Part shown: positions 25,117 through 38,001 of the stretch, one piece after another
Numbering within the stretch: the stretch's first letter is position 1
How the letters are laid out: each line of letters starts with the position of its first letter
NCBI RefSeq assembly: GCF_037042905.1
Contig: NC_087251.1
Span: forward strand, 930,001-994,000
Direction: 5' to 3'
DNA length: 64,000 nucleotides
From: Lytechinus pictus
Lineage: Eukaryota
Position numbers and translations under genes: made by a program
Notes under the pieces: model-generated
The model's input: the letters and a program-made list of their open reading frames with translations, nothing else
Database searches by the model: none
Told to the model about the DNA's origin: nothing

Positions 25117-28100
25117 GAGCATGATCGGTTCATCACGGACGGACATTTGATAGATTTTGAAAACTTTGAAGGCTTGTAACAAATTAGGAATAAGATGAAC
25201 ATGGTTCCTTTGTGTTTTATAGTGAAGGGTAGGACAAAGTATGCTGAATGATGAAAAAAGTTTGTTGCCATGGTTACCTACAAACATAGGTAGCCACTAA
25301 ATGTGCCATATCACGGACGGACATGATAGAAATGTGGTTTTCAGAATTTTTGAACATTTTTATTGTTTCTATCTAAATAGCTTAACTTTGACCAATAATT
25401 GTTAATGCAACTCATACTCAGGTATGTTAGCTTCTATGTTCAGCATATTGAATTCTTAACCAATATCAAACTTCTGAGAGAATTGCAAATATTTTCCATC
25501 TCGGACGGACATCTCGGACGGACATCACGGACGGACACAATTAAAATACATTGGAAGTACCTTGTAAGAAGTTCTTATTACTTGTTTGGGGGAACAAATG
25601 CTATTGTATTGATGATTTGTACATTTTTATATATGATTAAACAATATTAGTTGCACAATCAAGTTGCTACAACTTGATTTAAGTTGTAGCAACATGGTTT
25701 CTATGCTAGACACACAAAATAAGGCATATGATTGCTTTTAAACACAGTTCTTTTCAAAATCAAATATCCTAATGCACATTGTCTTCTTTTCAATTTAGAG
25801 AATAGTTGGTACCAAATCAACATCCAGTGGATCAATGATCATGTTGATACTTTTTATGATATATCATGATGATACATGTTCATACATTTTTAGGCATTCA
25901 TTTTCGAAGAGCACATATTTTTTTATGTCCATTAAGTAAATCCATAAGATTCACAGGTTGCTGATCATTATGCTTGTTTGGTGGATCAAGTACGACCACA
26001 ACAGGGGCCGCGGAACGGTATTCAAAGTGGGGGGGGGGGGGGCTGAGCCAAAAGTGGGGGGGCTGACCATGCAAAAAATCACAATCATATGGTCATGTTT
26101 ACGTTTTTGTACACGGTTTTGGAAAAAAGTGGGGGGGGGGGGCTGAAGCCCCCCCAGCCCCCCGCTTCCGCGGCCCCTGCACAACACTTGTCCAGGCTCT
26201 CTTCAAATTCATCTTTTGTCCATATTAAAGTGGAGACACCCCTTCACATCAACAGTCCTCATGTATTTAGGCCCTGACCGAATCCAAAATTGAAATCAAA
26301 TACCAATTAAACTTCTAAACACTGCAGTGCAAGCTTTATATGAATTGTATGCATTTTCAGATTACCAGATCAGCAATTTGCTCAAAATTAGCTCCAAAAT
26401 GGACTTTAAAAAAAAGGAATTCTTGTACTTTTCACAAGCCTCAAGGACACATAAACACAATTATGCGGCTAATAGCAGCATAATTTGGTCGTAAAATCGT
26501 AGGAGGACCAGAGTTATCCGCATTATTTGATGCTGCTATTATCTGCATAATAGCGGCATCGGGACAAGATTTTGACTTTATGAACGCATTCCAAAGTAAT
26601 GCGGATAATTGCCATGGTGCGGTCACAAGGTCACCCTTTTCCAACACAGCCGCATCGGAGGGGGTGTGTGTGGTTGCCATGACGATAATCCGCCTTTTTC
26701 AGGACGGGCCTCGTAAAAATAATGCGGATAATTTTTGGAGTTTGTGAACGCAATTTTTATTGAATTATCCGCATTACTCTTAGGCGGCTAATTGGAGGAT
26801 GGGTTTATGAAAAGGGTATTAGAAGCATTGTGAATCCATAGGTTTGTACAGTATGGAAAAAAGGATTTTTTTTTTTTCTGCTTATCAGAATATGCATTCT
26901 ACTTTCTTCTTTTCCATCACTTTCTGCAAGCTTCAATTGATGAAATATGTAGCTTTTGACTTATTCTTGCTCTATTTAATTTCCTGCTTTTTGGCATACA
27001 TGTAGCTTCCAACTCTATCTGCATTCCAATTATGTTTAAAAAAAATTTCCTTACAACAATTAAGCCCAAATAACAGCCAAAGAAGGATTTCACAAAAATT
27101 GTAAAGAGTTGTAGGTTTCCATCGTTTTGAGTTCTGAATAATTCTCAGTACCATTTTTCACTGCAAATTGGAACTAAAATTAAATTCATAATCTGCTCAG
27201 TATTTGCTCATTGTCTGTCCGTGATGAATTTAATGTCCGTCTTGCGATTATTTTGATTGATTTATAATATGGATAAAATGTATGGATTTTAGTAGATATA
27301 AATTATGAAATGATGTACAGTGTCTAGTGAGATGCTTCTACACACTTTTATTTTTGTTTCTATTCTGATAAAGAATAAAAAGCTTAATCCATACATATTA
27401 TCCATATCATAAACTCAATAAAAATGATCACGGACGGACATTAATTTCATCACGGACGGAAATTTCAAAATGGAATGTTAACATCTACCAGAAAAATTTA
27501 CCTCCCATATTTTTCTACTAATTTATGTTTGATGATAGATTAATGTTCAGAGTACAAGAAAATCCAAACCAAATTGGAATTACTTTGAAAACAATAAAAC
27601 TAGAGTGAATTGAATTTGAGTGAATTTACATTGTCCGTCCGTGATGAAATTAATGTCCGTCCGTGATCATTTTTGATTGAGATTATGATATGGATAAAAT
27701 GTATGGATTTCAGCTATGCATGTTCAAATAAAATGATGTACAGTGTTTAGTGAGATACCTCTACACCTTTTTATTTTTTATTTCTATTCTGATAAAAAAT
27801 AAAAAAACTTTTTATATTTTTTTTCATCACGGATGGAAATTTCAAAATGGAAATGTTCACACCTACCAAAAAAAAAGTACTTCCCAAAATTTTTTTTCTA
27901 CTAATTTATGTTTGATAATAGATTAATGTTCAGAGTGCAAGAACATCCAAACCAAATTAGAATAACTTTAAAAACAATAAAACTAGAGAGAATTTAATTT
28001 AAGTAAAAATGTCCGTCCGTGATGAGAGGTAATAGCACCCCCACGAATAAAATGGACTATTCCAGTACTTTCGGATTTATCAATCTTCATGAAACTGAGT

Positions 28101-28203
28101 TCTTTGTAACCTGAGATATCAAAGATTATCTTAAAAGCAATTTTGATAGAAATATCTATAAAAAAAAATTCACCTCAATGCTAACCCTTAACCGATCATG
28201 CTC
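25117..28203. mobile_element. Sola-like non-autonomous element
   Basis: TIR GAGCATGATCGGTT / AACCGATCATGCTC; 4-bp TSD AGGG; internal CACGGACGGACA motifs in both orientations and an internal duplication at ~27210-28020. Confidence 0.75.
26002..26179. mobile_element. Small MITE nested in the Sola-like element
   Basis: TIR CAGGGGCCGCGGAA / TTCCGCGGCCCCTG; 5-bp TSD CACAA. Confidence 0.78.
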
Positions 28204-28510
28204 AGGGATGCATACGCACTCACACGCTGGCGATCCGTTCCAAGGCCCCCCGTTTTCACAAACATTTGTAGTTCCGAAGCCCGTTCCAAGGCCCCCGTTT
28301 TTTGTCTCGTCCGCGGCACACCCCTACCACTTTTTTGGCCGAGTGCCCCCCCCCCCCCCCCGGGATGTCAGGAAGCTGCCACTCGTTAGACCTTCATCCA
28401 TATAATCGTGGTAAGTGCTTAATTTCTGTTTTAACTATTTATTCTTAAAATTATTTAAACCATACTTAAAGCTAAAGTACTACCGTGGGTATGGTGAATT
28501 ACACGGTAAG

Positions 28511-30026
28511 GGCAAATATAGCGATCTTCAACGCTTATATATAAGCGTCGAAATTTGTAGCCATCTCCTTGTATTAGTCTATAATATACGACGTGTCAAA
28601 TTGTAGCGAACTAGTTCGCTATTTCCAGATCTCCTCTATATATATATACGAGGGGGAATTGTAGCGAACTAGTTCGCTATTTTCCAGATCTCCTCTATAT
28701 ACAAACGACGGGAAATTGTAGCGAACTAGTTCGCTATTTTCCAGATCTCTATATACATACGACTGGAAATTGTAGCGAACTAGTTCGCTATTTTTCGGAT
28801 CTCCTCGATATGTACACGAGGGGGAATTGTAGCGAACTAGTTCGCTATTTTCCAGATCTCCTCTATATACATACTACGGGAAATTGTAGCGAACTAGTTC
28901 GCTATTTTTCGGATCTCCTCGATATATACACAAGGGGGAATTGTAGCGAACTAGTTCGCTATTTTTCAGATCTCCTCGATATATACACCAGGGGGAATTG
29001 TAGCAAACTAGTTCGCTATTTCTCGGATCTCCTCTATAAATATATATACGAAGGGGCATTGCTGTAGCGAACTAGTTCGCTATTTTTTTATCTGACTACA
29101 TATACACGACCGGAAATTGTTGCTAACTAGTTCGCTATTTTTTTGATCTCATACTATGCAATATGGCAAACTGTAGCGAACTAGCTTGGCATTTTTTCCA
29201 AAGCTTACATTATTGTGAAGGCTTCAAAGTGAAAATCTGCAGGTTTTGGCTGTATATATTGGTGCCATATTGTCAAATTGTAGCGAACTAGTTCGCTATT
29301 TTTCGGATCTCCTCGATATTTACACGAGGGGGAATTGTAGCGAACTAGTTCGCTATTTTTTGGATCTCATACACCAGGCCCGGGGGAATTGTAGCAAACT
29401 AGTTCGCTATTTTTCGGATCTATATGCGACGGGAAATTTTGGCGAACTAGTTCGCAATTTTTCGGATCTCCTCTATAAAATTATATAGAGATCCGAAAAA
29501 TAGCGAACTAGTTCGCTACAATTCCTCCTTGGATATATAGAAGAGATCCGAAAAAGAGCGAACTAGTTCGCTACAATGCCCATCGTATATATATAGAGGA
29601 GATCCGAAAAATAGCGAACTAGTTCTACAATTCCCCCTCTTGTATATATAGAGATCAGAAAAATAGCGAACTAGTTCGCTACAATTCCTCCTCGTATATA
29701 TAGAAGAGATCCGAAAAATAGCGAACTAGTTCGCTACAATTCCTCCTTGGATATATAGAAGAGATCCGAAAAATAGCGAACTAGTTCGCTACAATTTCCC
29801 GTCGTATATATATAGAGGAGATTAGAAAAATAGCGAACTAGTTCGCTACAATGCCCCTCGTATATATATAGAGGAGATCTTTCTGAAAAATTGCGAACTA
29901 GTTCGCTACAGTTTGACACGTCGTATAATATAGACTAATACAAGGAGATGGCTACAAATTTCGACGCTTATATATAAGCGTTGAAGATCGCTATATTTGC
30001 CATCTATAAAATACCGAGCTCGGGTT
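28511..30026. mobile_element. Foldback element made of inverted minisatellite arrays
   Basis: ~110-bp near-perfect TIR (GGCAAATATAGCGATCTTCAACGC...); ~23 units of ~55 bp, each with palindrome TAGCGAACTAGTTCGCTA; orientation flips at ~29480; right end GAGCTCGGGTTA. Confidence 0.88.
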
Positions 30027-30286
30027 ATGTAAAACTATGAGAAATAAAAAAAGAATACCGGTATATTGTTAAAAAACTCCTCGAAACAAACAGCTTCCAG
30101 CTGTCTAACCACGCCCCGGCCCCCAGGCCAGTCCCAGCCTAGGCAGGAGGCTTCTAGAGAGTAAAAATCATTTACTAAAATACTAACGTATTGGGTAAAT
30201 GATTTTTACTCTAACGTTATAAGCCTCCTGGCTATCCCATTCCCAAGGCCCAGCCCAGGGACAGTTTGCGGTTGGTATACCCAGGG

Positions 30287-31080
30287 CAGTTGTGTGTCCG
30301 GACGATCAATTTTATTTTTAGAAAGTCATTTGGAAAAAATTACAAGCGAAGACCGAAGTTTCATCAATTTTTGGTACAGAATGTTAGAAAATATTATAAA
30401 GAACTAAAAAGAAGATGATTACAAGTATTGAATTCATATTTTTAGAGTAATCCAAAGACAAAAAAGAGGGCTTCAAAAATATAAAGTGTCCCGACACCCG
30501 ACCCCCCATCCTACTTGGTAGGCATTCGGGGCGTTTACTGGCTCTGCCTTCCGGCCGGCCGGGCAGGACGATAAACGAGTACGGTATGGTACCGTACCGC
30601 CTAACGTTTACGGTACGGCACATGAAAATTGAAGTGAAAGTAAATTTCCTTCAGATCGTTCCATCAAATTCAAGCCTAAAATACGGCAAATCAATCAATT
30701 CAGTGATGACAGATTTAACGAAATAATGAAAATATGACTTACCAAACAGCCAACAACGACGACTTAAGCCTAACGTTAGACTTTGTGGATTAAGACTAGA
30801 GACGACTTGGTCGGGCCGCCGCAGGTACCAGTACGTACCCCGGCCAGTTGTTGTGTGTCCGGACAGGTTGTGTGTCCGGACGATCAATTTTAGAAAGTAA
30901 TTTGGAAAAATTTACAAGCGAAGTTTCATCAATTTTTAGTACAAAGTGTTAGGAAATATTACAGAGAACAAAATAGAAGATGATTACAATTATTGAATTC
31001 TTATTTTTAGTGTAATCCAAAGACAAAAAAGAAGGCTTAAAAAATATAAAGTGTCCGGACACCCGACTCCCCATCCTACA
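30287..31080. repeat. Two direct copies of a ~225-bp repeat (30287-30513, 30867-31080)
   Basis: Both run GTTGTGTGTCCGGACGATCAATTTT...AAAGTGTCC(C/G)GACACCCGAC..CCCCATCCTAC. Confidence 0.85.
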
Positions 31081-32070
31081 CCGTAGTTGGGATAAAGCTT
31101 AAAGGGCAAGGACTTCCTGCATTATTTTTACAAGGGGGCCGGGCCGGGGGGAGCGGGTCAAAGAGGGAACAAGGAGGAAAAGGGAAGAATTTAGTGTCTA
31201 TATAACTTATCATGAAATTTTTTCACCTTAATTTGGATAATCGTCTGTAGTGTACGCTACAACACTATTTCTTTTTATATACTCGGGTATTTTTTACCCG
31301 AGTTTTTGCCCTGTATTAAAGTCAATGGCAGAAATCAGACTAACCTTAGTTTTCAGTTTTTACCGGAGTTTTCTCAGGTAAAAAGTATTATGCAACAGGC
31401 TGCTTGTTTTAAAAGATATTGCCCCATACCTGGACTGAAGTCAGGTTAAATCTAGACTCTGGTCTAAAGTTGTAGTTAGATAGCCAATTTGTGACAAATC
31501 TGTAACAGAAGAGATTCTACGAATCAGCTCATTTGACTAGCTCCCAAATCATTCCTAACTGTCTGGCAAGGATAAATAAGATAATTGTCTTCATCGTTGA
31601 AGATTTAGGAAAAAGCAGAAGTAGCATGTAATGTAATTAAAATTTTGACATATATGGCTCCCCGTAATTTTAGAACAGAGTTAAGACTTATGTTTCTAAT
31701 TGTAAATTTTGTCAATGTTATAATTGTTTTGGGGGCCATTCTCTACAAGCAGTTTGCTTTTTTATGGTCCTAGCCATATTTTGTACCATTTATTACATAA
31801 TTATGTACACTGTATGATTTGTATATACATATTTTTATGGTTGAATAAAATTGAATTGAAAACTATGGTCTTAGTTAAACCGGACTTCAGACGGGCCATT
31901 GAATCTACCTGCAGACCCGCCTGCAGGGCCTTAAGATGGAGCAACATTTTACTGCATGTATTACACAAAGGGTGCAAGATAAGCCCGGGCTAGTTTTAAA
32001 TTTTCCAAACCAAAGAACAAACTCCCATCTAATAGGTATAGCAAGTATGAATGATAATGATATACAGTAG

Positions 32071-32340
32071 GTATATTTACCCAGGGAAGCCACTTCAGTT
32101 CTGAAAACTGTTCTCCCAGCAGGCCCTGCTATTATTATTACCCCGGCTTTAGCTGGGCTGCCTAGGTGCTCAAAGCATTCAAGGAATTTCTTCCTACCGG
32201 GTACCCATTCACCTCACCTGGGTTGAGTGCAGCACAGTGGATAAATTTCTTGCTGAAGGAAATTACGCCATGGCTGGGATTCAATCCCACGACCCTCTGT
32301 TTCAAAGTCAGAAGACTAATCCAATGGGCCACAACGCTCC
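32071..32340 (-). mobile_element. tRNA-derived SINE
   Basis: Minus-strand head GGAGCGTTGTGGCCCATTGGATTAGTCTTCTGACTTTGAAACAGAGGGTCGTGGGATTGAATCCC with A/B-box-like motifs, then a ...AACCCAGGTGAGGTGAATGGGTACC core. Confidence 0.72.
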
Positions 32341-32514
32341 ACAACAATAATTGCAAACAACAACTTTTTCAGATACTAGTAAAAAAATCTGGCAAACAAA
32401 ATGTTTTCATCTGGAATATAAAAAGTAGATTTGAGATGGAAGGGAAATCCTTACTTTTTACAAATATTAATTGAAGAGAGTTTTTGCACAGCAAAGGTAA
32501 ACATGCTGCCCAAA

Positions 32515-32960
32515 TGCAACCAACCGACCGACCAACCAAATTTAGTATTCAATCAATGTAGTATTCAATCGATGTAGTATCCAATCAATCAACTAATCGA
32601 TCAATATAGAATTCAATCAATCAATCCATTAATCTTCCAACCATGATGCAATGGCTCAATCGTTTAATGATATATTAAATATATCAACCAATCAAGTTCG
32701 CACTGTCCTGTCAATTAAAAATCAATTCACTAAGATATTCCATCCATCAGTTAACAAACAAGAGTCTGTAATGATTTAATCAATAAGATGTTCTATCAAT
32801 CCACCAACAAAGTGTGTGTTAAATCAATCAAGTATGCAGCAATTTCATCAATTAATTACACAGTATATTCAGTCAACCAATGAAACATGAAATGTTTCAA
32901 TCCAATCAGTCAATCAGGTATCCAATGATTTTATTAAGAATTCAATCAATCATTCAAGCA
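32515..32960. repeat. Degenerate (TCAA)n low-complexity tract
   Basis: Many imperfect CAAT/TCAA/CCAA tetramers. Confidence 0.6.
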
Positions 32961-33764
32961 AGCAAATAAGGGTACGTCAAAGTCAATCAGACAAGGATAG
33001 ACTTTCTCATACACTTATTGCTTTCCTAAAAAAAAAAAGGAAACACATGTTTAATCTATTAGTCATGCCATTTATTCAAAACATAAAATCATGCATGTTT
33101 ATTTTCTCGGTAATATCTTCAGGCTTTTTATGCACAAGCAAAACAAAATATACATGTACGAGAAATGCAGAATCATTATGAAAATAAAGGAAAAGGCACT
33201 ATCAAAGTGAAGGCAATGGTCTACATAAATAACTACCTTCTAAAATCTCATCAAATTATCAAATTAATATTTCCCTACCACACCATTGTACTCCAAGTAA
33301 ATGATTACATTTCATAATTTTCATAATTCTATGTGATATTTCAAAGAAAAATGGACATGATTTAAGCAGAATAAAAAAAAATCCTGAGGTTACCTCCATT
33401 GCATTTATTATACTTTTCCCTTTTTTATTCAAGACTGATATTTACATTTATCTTCAATCTAAGATAAGCAAGTAAGAAAAGATATGTGTTTAACATATTT
33501 ACCAAACCTCAAAATCATCATCATACATGCACATTTTAAGCATATTTACAATCATTCTATATCACTTGCACCATAATACATACAACCAAATTCCCAACCT
33601 TTCACTACACTCGAGTGACAAACTCCATTCATACCAGAATATTGATTTATGTATTTGGCCATTCAGCATTTATCAAGTCTCTTTAATTAAACTAATGATC
33701 AATCATGGTTATTAACTAATACCACCTTCAGGTTGCAACTCTGTAAGAAATTAATTCAGTGTAA

Positions 33765-34718
33765 ACTAGAGATGCTCGGCGGGTCGCACAGCCGAGCACA
33801 TGTATCCCCCGAACCCACCGTGTCATCCGTCATTGCGATATATAGAGCTCACACAGAAATTTGACAAATAAATACAATCATCATGGCGACAATGACCCTG
33901 CCCACATTTTGCCTGTGGGTACCAAATTTGATGACAATAATATGACATAGCAGCGTGACTCTGCAGAACCTAAAGTATTGTCCAGTATCACCAATTGTAA
34001 ACTTTAACGTTGAACTGAAAAAGACCTTTGACCTTACCATATGACCTCCGACTGCAGCATAACATGCAGGTCCCCCAAGTCCATCTACCATCCAAGTTTG
34101 GTTGAAAAGTGACTTACGGTTGCGGAGTTAGGTGTCATAAGAGTCTTGCATGTAAACTTTAACGTTGACCTGAAAATGACCTTTGAACTTACCCTGTGAC
34201 CTCCGACTGCAGCATAAGATGCAGGTCCCCCAAGTCCATCTACCATCCAAGTTTGGTTGAAAAGTGACTTACGGTTGCGGATTTAGGTGTCAGAAGAGTT
34301 TTGCATGTAAACTTTAACGTTGACCTAAAAATGACCTTTGACCTTACCATGTGACCTCCGACTGCAGCATAAGATGCAGGTCCCCAAGTGCATCTACCAT
34401 CCAAGTTTGGTTGAAAAGCGACTTACGGTTGTGGAGTTATGTGTCATTAGGTTTGTGACGGACGGACGACATTTGGATCCCCAAGTCTCGCCTTTACCTC
34501 TGGTGGGCGAGAGAAAAACTCTTGTTACCATGGCAACGATGTCTCCGCCCACACCAAAATCGATAGGCGGCTTTGCTATACCATACTCTACCTTTATGCC
34601 AAGTTTGAAGATGATCGGAGAAGAAATGCAGCTGATAGAGTGCTCACAAGAAAATCTCTGCGGCGGCGGATGCGGCCAAATCCATAGTATCCTCCGAACT
34701 CTGTTCGGGGGATACAAT
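33765..34718 (-). mobile_element. Helentron-associated (DINE-1/HINE-like) element with internal tandem repeats
   Basis: Subterminal IRs TGTATCCCCCGAAC (33801) / GTTCGGGGGATACA (34703), adjacent short IR, terminal hairpin TGCTCGGC..GCCGAGCA, (GACG)n and (GGC)n tracts, 3 x ~155-bp repeats, A-rich flanks, no TSD. Confidence 0.72.
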
Positions 34719-37700
34719 AAATGTAACTCAATTCACTGAAATCATGTTTGGTATACCCTAATCTGAGGTGTGAAGAAAGGAGGATTGCAGTTCTGCAATA
34801 ATTACAAAATATTAAAGACATGACTCAGGTGCATGCTACCAATAGGTTGAAATAATGATTCTTTCTATATTCAGAGTTGGGTCTAAATTAACCTATATGC
34901 AACACGCCCCTGTAATCATCAACAGTAAAAAAGAAAAAAAAGAAGCATGAAGATTATTTTTCTTGAATATCAGTTCTAATACAAATCAATTTGTAAAAGA
35001 GGTCCAATACCCTTGCTATTTTGTAGGGGTTCTTCTAGAGCCATAAATTTGTTCACTGATACTTTGAAATATGATTAACATTAGAGATTTATTTTTTAAC
35101 CTTTTTGGTAATGATCACAAGGCACTTTACAAAATCTTATAACACATACATGTAACTGTTGAAATTATATAAGCCCTCTGTATAACATACAAAATAGCAT
35201 GTACCAATTTTCTGACATCAACGTGATCCTATACATACTTATAATCATACACCAAAAATCATACACATCGTATGTAAATTACCAATGATCATTAAATATT
35301 TGTTAGGATCAAATAATGAAAACCTATTCTTTTCAGAGACTCAACAACTACATGTATATACAGTAAACTTGCAGAAGTTGACCTTAAGTCGATGAATATT
35401 CTTATACTAGATTGTGCCAAACAAGTGTTATATACAACTTCCCGAGTCAAATCTCTCCTTCTCCTGACAATATGCTGTTACAATGGCAACACAGTTTCCA
35501 AAACATGGAAAAAATGTCTTGCCCATCTTTTACCCAAGACCAATGTGTGAGCTAAATTTCATGAGAATTAGTTAAAACAGATGTAGTTTGAACCACAAGA
35601 TTTTACCTATTTTTTTGCAAAAATGTACCATTACCATGGCAACACAATTTCCTTTGGGAAATTTTAACACATGTGAAAAATATGTCTTCTACATCTTTAC
35701 CCCCAAGGCCAACGTGTGTTCCAAATTTGAGAATTGGCTAAAAACTGAGTAAGTGGTTTGACCAGCATGATTTGCAACTGACCACACGCCCGACTGCCGA
35801 TTCCTAAGTTCAAACTTTGTTTGTCAGGGTATACAAAGAGGGAGAGAGGGGAGAGCCATCAAAGACAGATTCTTTGAATTAAGAATGGCAATTTAAATGA
35901 ATTTTATTGGTTAAAATTCAACCATTTTTCAATTATTTCATTACTTTCTTTATATCATCTGTTCATTATTATATTTCATTAATACCTTTATTTCAGAAGT
36001 TCAACACACAGGGAGAAAACAGAAAGCTATCAATTTAAGAAAATCTTGAAGAAATCTTGTTTCAAATCAGAGAGCAAAAAACTATTAACAAAATATTACC
36101 GAAGCTCATAATAAATTTAACATGTTTTACAGTCATGTCCACATCAAGAATTATCTTAAAAAGATTAAACTGATTTCATGAGATATTTAGAAAACAAATA
36201 TGTTTGAAGGTAACGACTTTGTCTAGAATGTTCTTGGAAAGCGAGCTAATATCTGTAGCATCATGTACTCAACAAAACAGATATAGGTCGTGTTTTTATT
36301 GACATTTCAGCAACTTGTGAAAAAAATAACAAATTTCACTAGTTTAAAATAATCTATTGACAAAAAGGATACATACGCAATTACAAAGAAATCTTGGAGA
36401 AAATAAGTGACTCACATTATTCCAGACAGGTAATCCTGAGTTCTAGAATCATTGACAACCCAGGATCTTACAAAATAAAGTATGGATAGAAAATGGAATT
36501 ATGGGTTAGCCAATGATATTTGACTAGTCATTATCAATAGTAAACACAAGTCTTCATTTCCCCCAAATTAAATTGTCTTCAGTAATCTGAATACTAAAAA
36601 AGAAAGATATTTTTTATAATTTGTATTATACACAGCAGAAACACATGTAAATTTCTGTGATTTAGAGATCTGAGGGGATGTGTTTAAGGTAGTGTAATTT
36701 GTCAGTTGTAGCATGTACAACAGGAGTAAATTACATTACAATTGGCTGGAACCGAGCATTGCGATAAGCAGAGGAAATCCATGTAATACAGTTGCATCTT
36801 TAAGGTCCAGCTAATTAATATGTACATGGCATCAAATCACTTCCCTTTCCTTTCCCTAATTCAACAGCAGTAAGACCACAAAACTGATAAACAAAAGTTG
36901 CACTATGGTATCTCTGTTATCCAATGGTTACTTCTATAGTATCCTTGATTTTGATTGGATGTTGAGCAATACTACCAAGGTCGTTACCATTGTCTGGAAA
37001 CATAACCAATATACATGTAACCTTTCTGCTACGGTCCGGGGAGAAGGGCAAAGGTAACCATGAGACAAAGAGACTTCACATGATAAAATCATATATCTAA
37101 TAGGCATAAACATCTCTTTTCAACTTGGGGTAATTAAGAACACCTGTTGATATGTTTTCAATTAGTGTTGATGTTAAACCGTCAATAAATATTATTTTAA
37201 AAATACATATAAAAAAAGAGAATAATTAAATAATTGAACATGTATATCCCCAACTGGAGAATGACTTAAATTTTACATGGTATTATATCAGTTAAAGGAT
37301 CCCTGCCTTTCACGAAATCCCATGACTTATAATTGAGGCTATTTTAGTGGTGGTCTCAATATATTTTACTGAGGAAGATTAACATTATATCTGGGTAAAT
37401 TACTTAATGACAAGGAGATTACGAAACTGAAAGGAACAGAGATATTTTTATATTTCATAGTTATGAGCCTAAGACAAATTATATTTTCATCAAATGAAAA
37501 TTTGCAATAAAGTGGCTAAATTCAGGATATCAAGAACATGTACAAGTATGTAATCCTTTTCGGGGAAACTGCTTGTCTTAAAGAGAAAAAATCAAAATAC
37601 TCAGAGGGTTCAAAAGACATATTCTGAGTAAATGAAAAAAACATCATTTTATTTGTAGATGTGGCATACAACCTCAGCATATTCCAACATAAAAGGTCCC

Positions 37701-38001
37701 CCAAATTAACCCCCCCCCCCAAAAAAAAAAAAATGACATTTGATTATGAGCAATAAGTACATACACCAATGATTCATGAATCAAGTTAGGACAAAAAAGT
37801 TAAAAATATATCCACAGCCATGATTGGAAACTAAAATTCTTGATAACAATGAAAAATATTCAATTTCGAATGTCAATCTTGAAAAGGAAATAAGACAATT
37901 CTATGCAATGTATATTACACAGTAACAAGCTAGAAATGAGACACAATCTTCAAATACAAATTCATGATAAAAAAGGGATATAATGATGATCCTGTTTGAG
38001 A

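Larger units (their letters stand above)
24755..28364. mobile_element. Non-autonomous element with poly-G/poly-C TIRs and 8-bp TSD
   Basis: CCCG(G)nCACTC ... GAGTG(C)nCGGG; TSD ATGTCAGG (24747-24754, 28365-28372). Confidence 0.85.
24335..28510. mobile_element. Foldback element of the same family as 4541-6483, with three levels of nested inserts
   Basis: Shares GGGGCTTACCGTG..GCACTTACCACGATTATATGGATGAAGGTCTAACGAGTGGCAG..; centre ~24625; right arm resumes at 28365 and is truncated at 28510. An older relative lies at ~24040-24260. Confidence 0.82.

Noticed and set aside
28600..29910. CRISPR array
   Set aside because: Spacers are variants of one another, the array inverts mid-way, it has TIRs, there are no cas genes, and the context is eukaryotic.
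32270..32340. Functional tRNA gene
   Set aside because: Cloverleaf is imperfect and runs into a SINE body.
31300..38000. Downstream HECT-domain exons for G2E3
   Set aside because: No HECT-like translation recognised, and the large exon ends in a stop. The symbol G2E3 versus PHF7 is therefore left unassigned.
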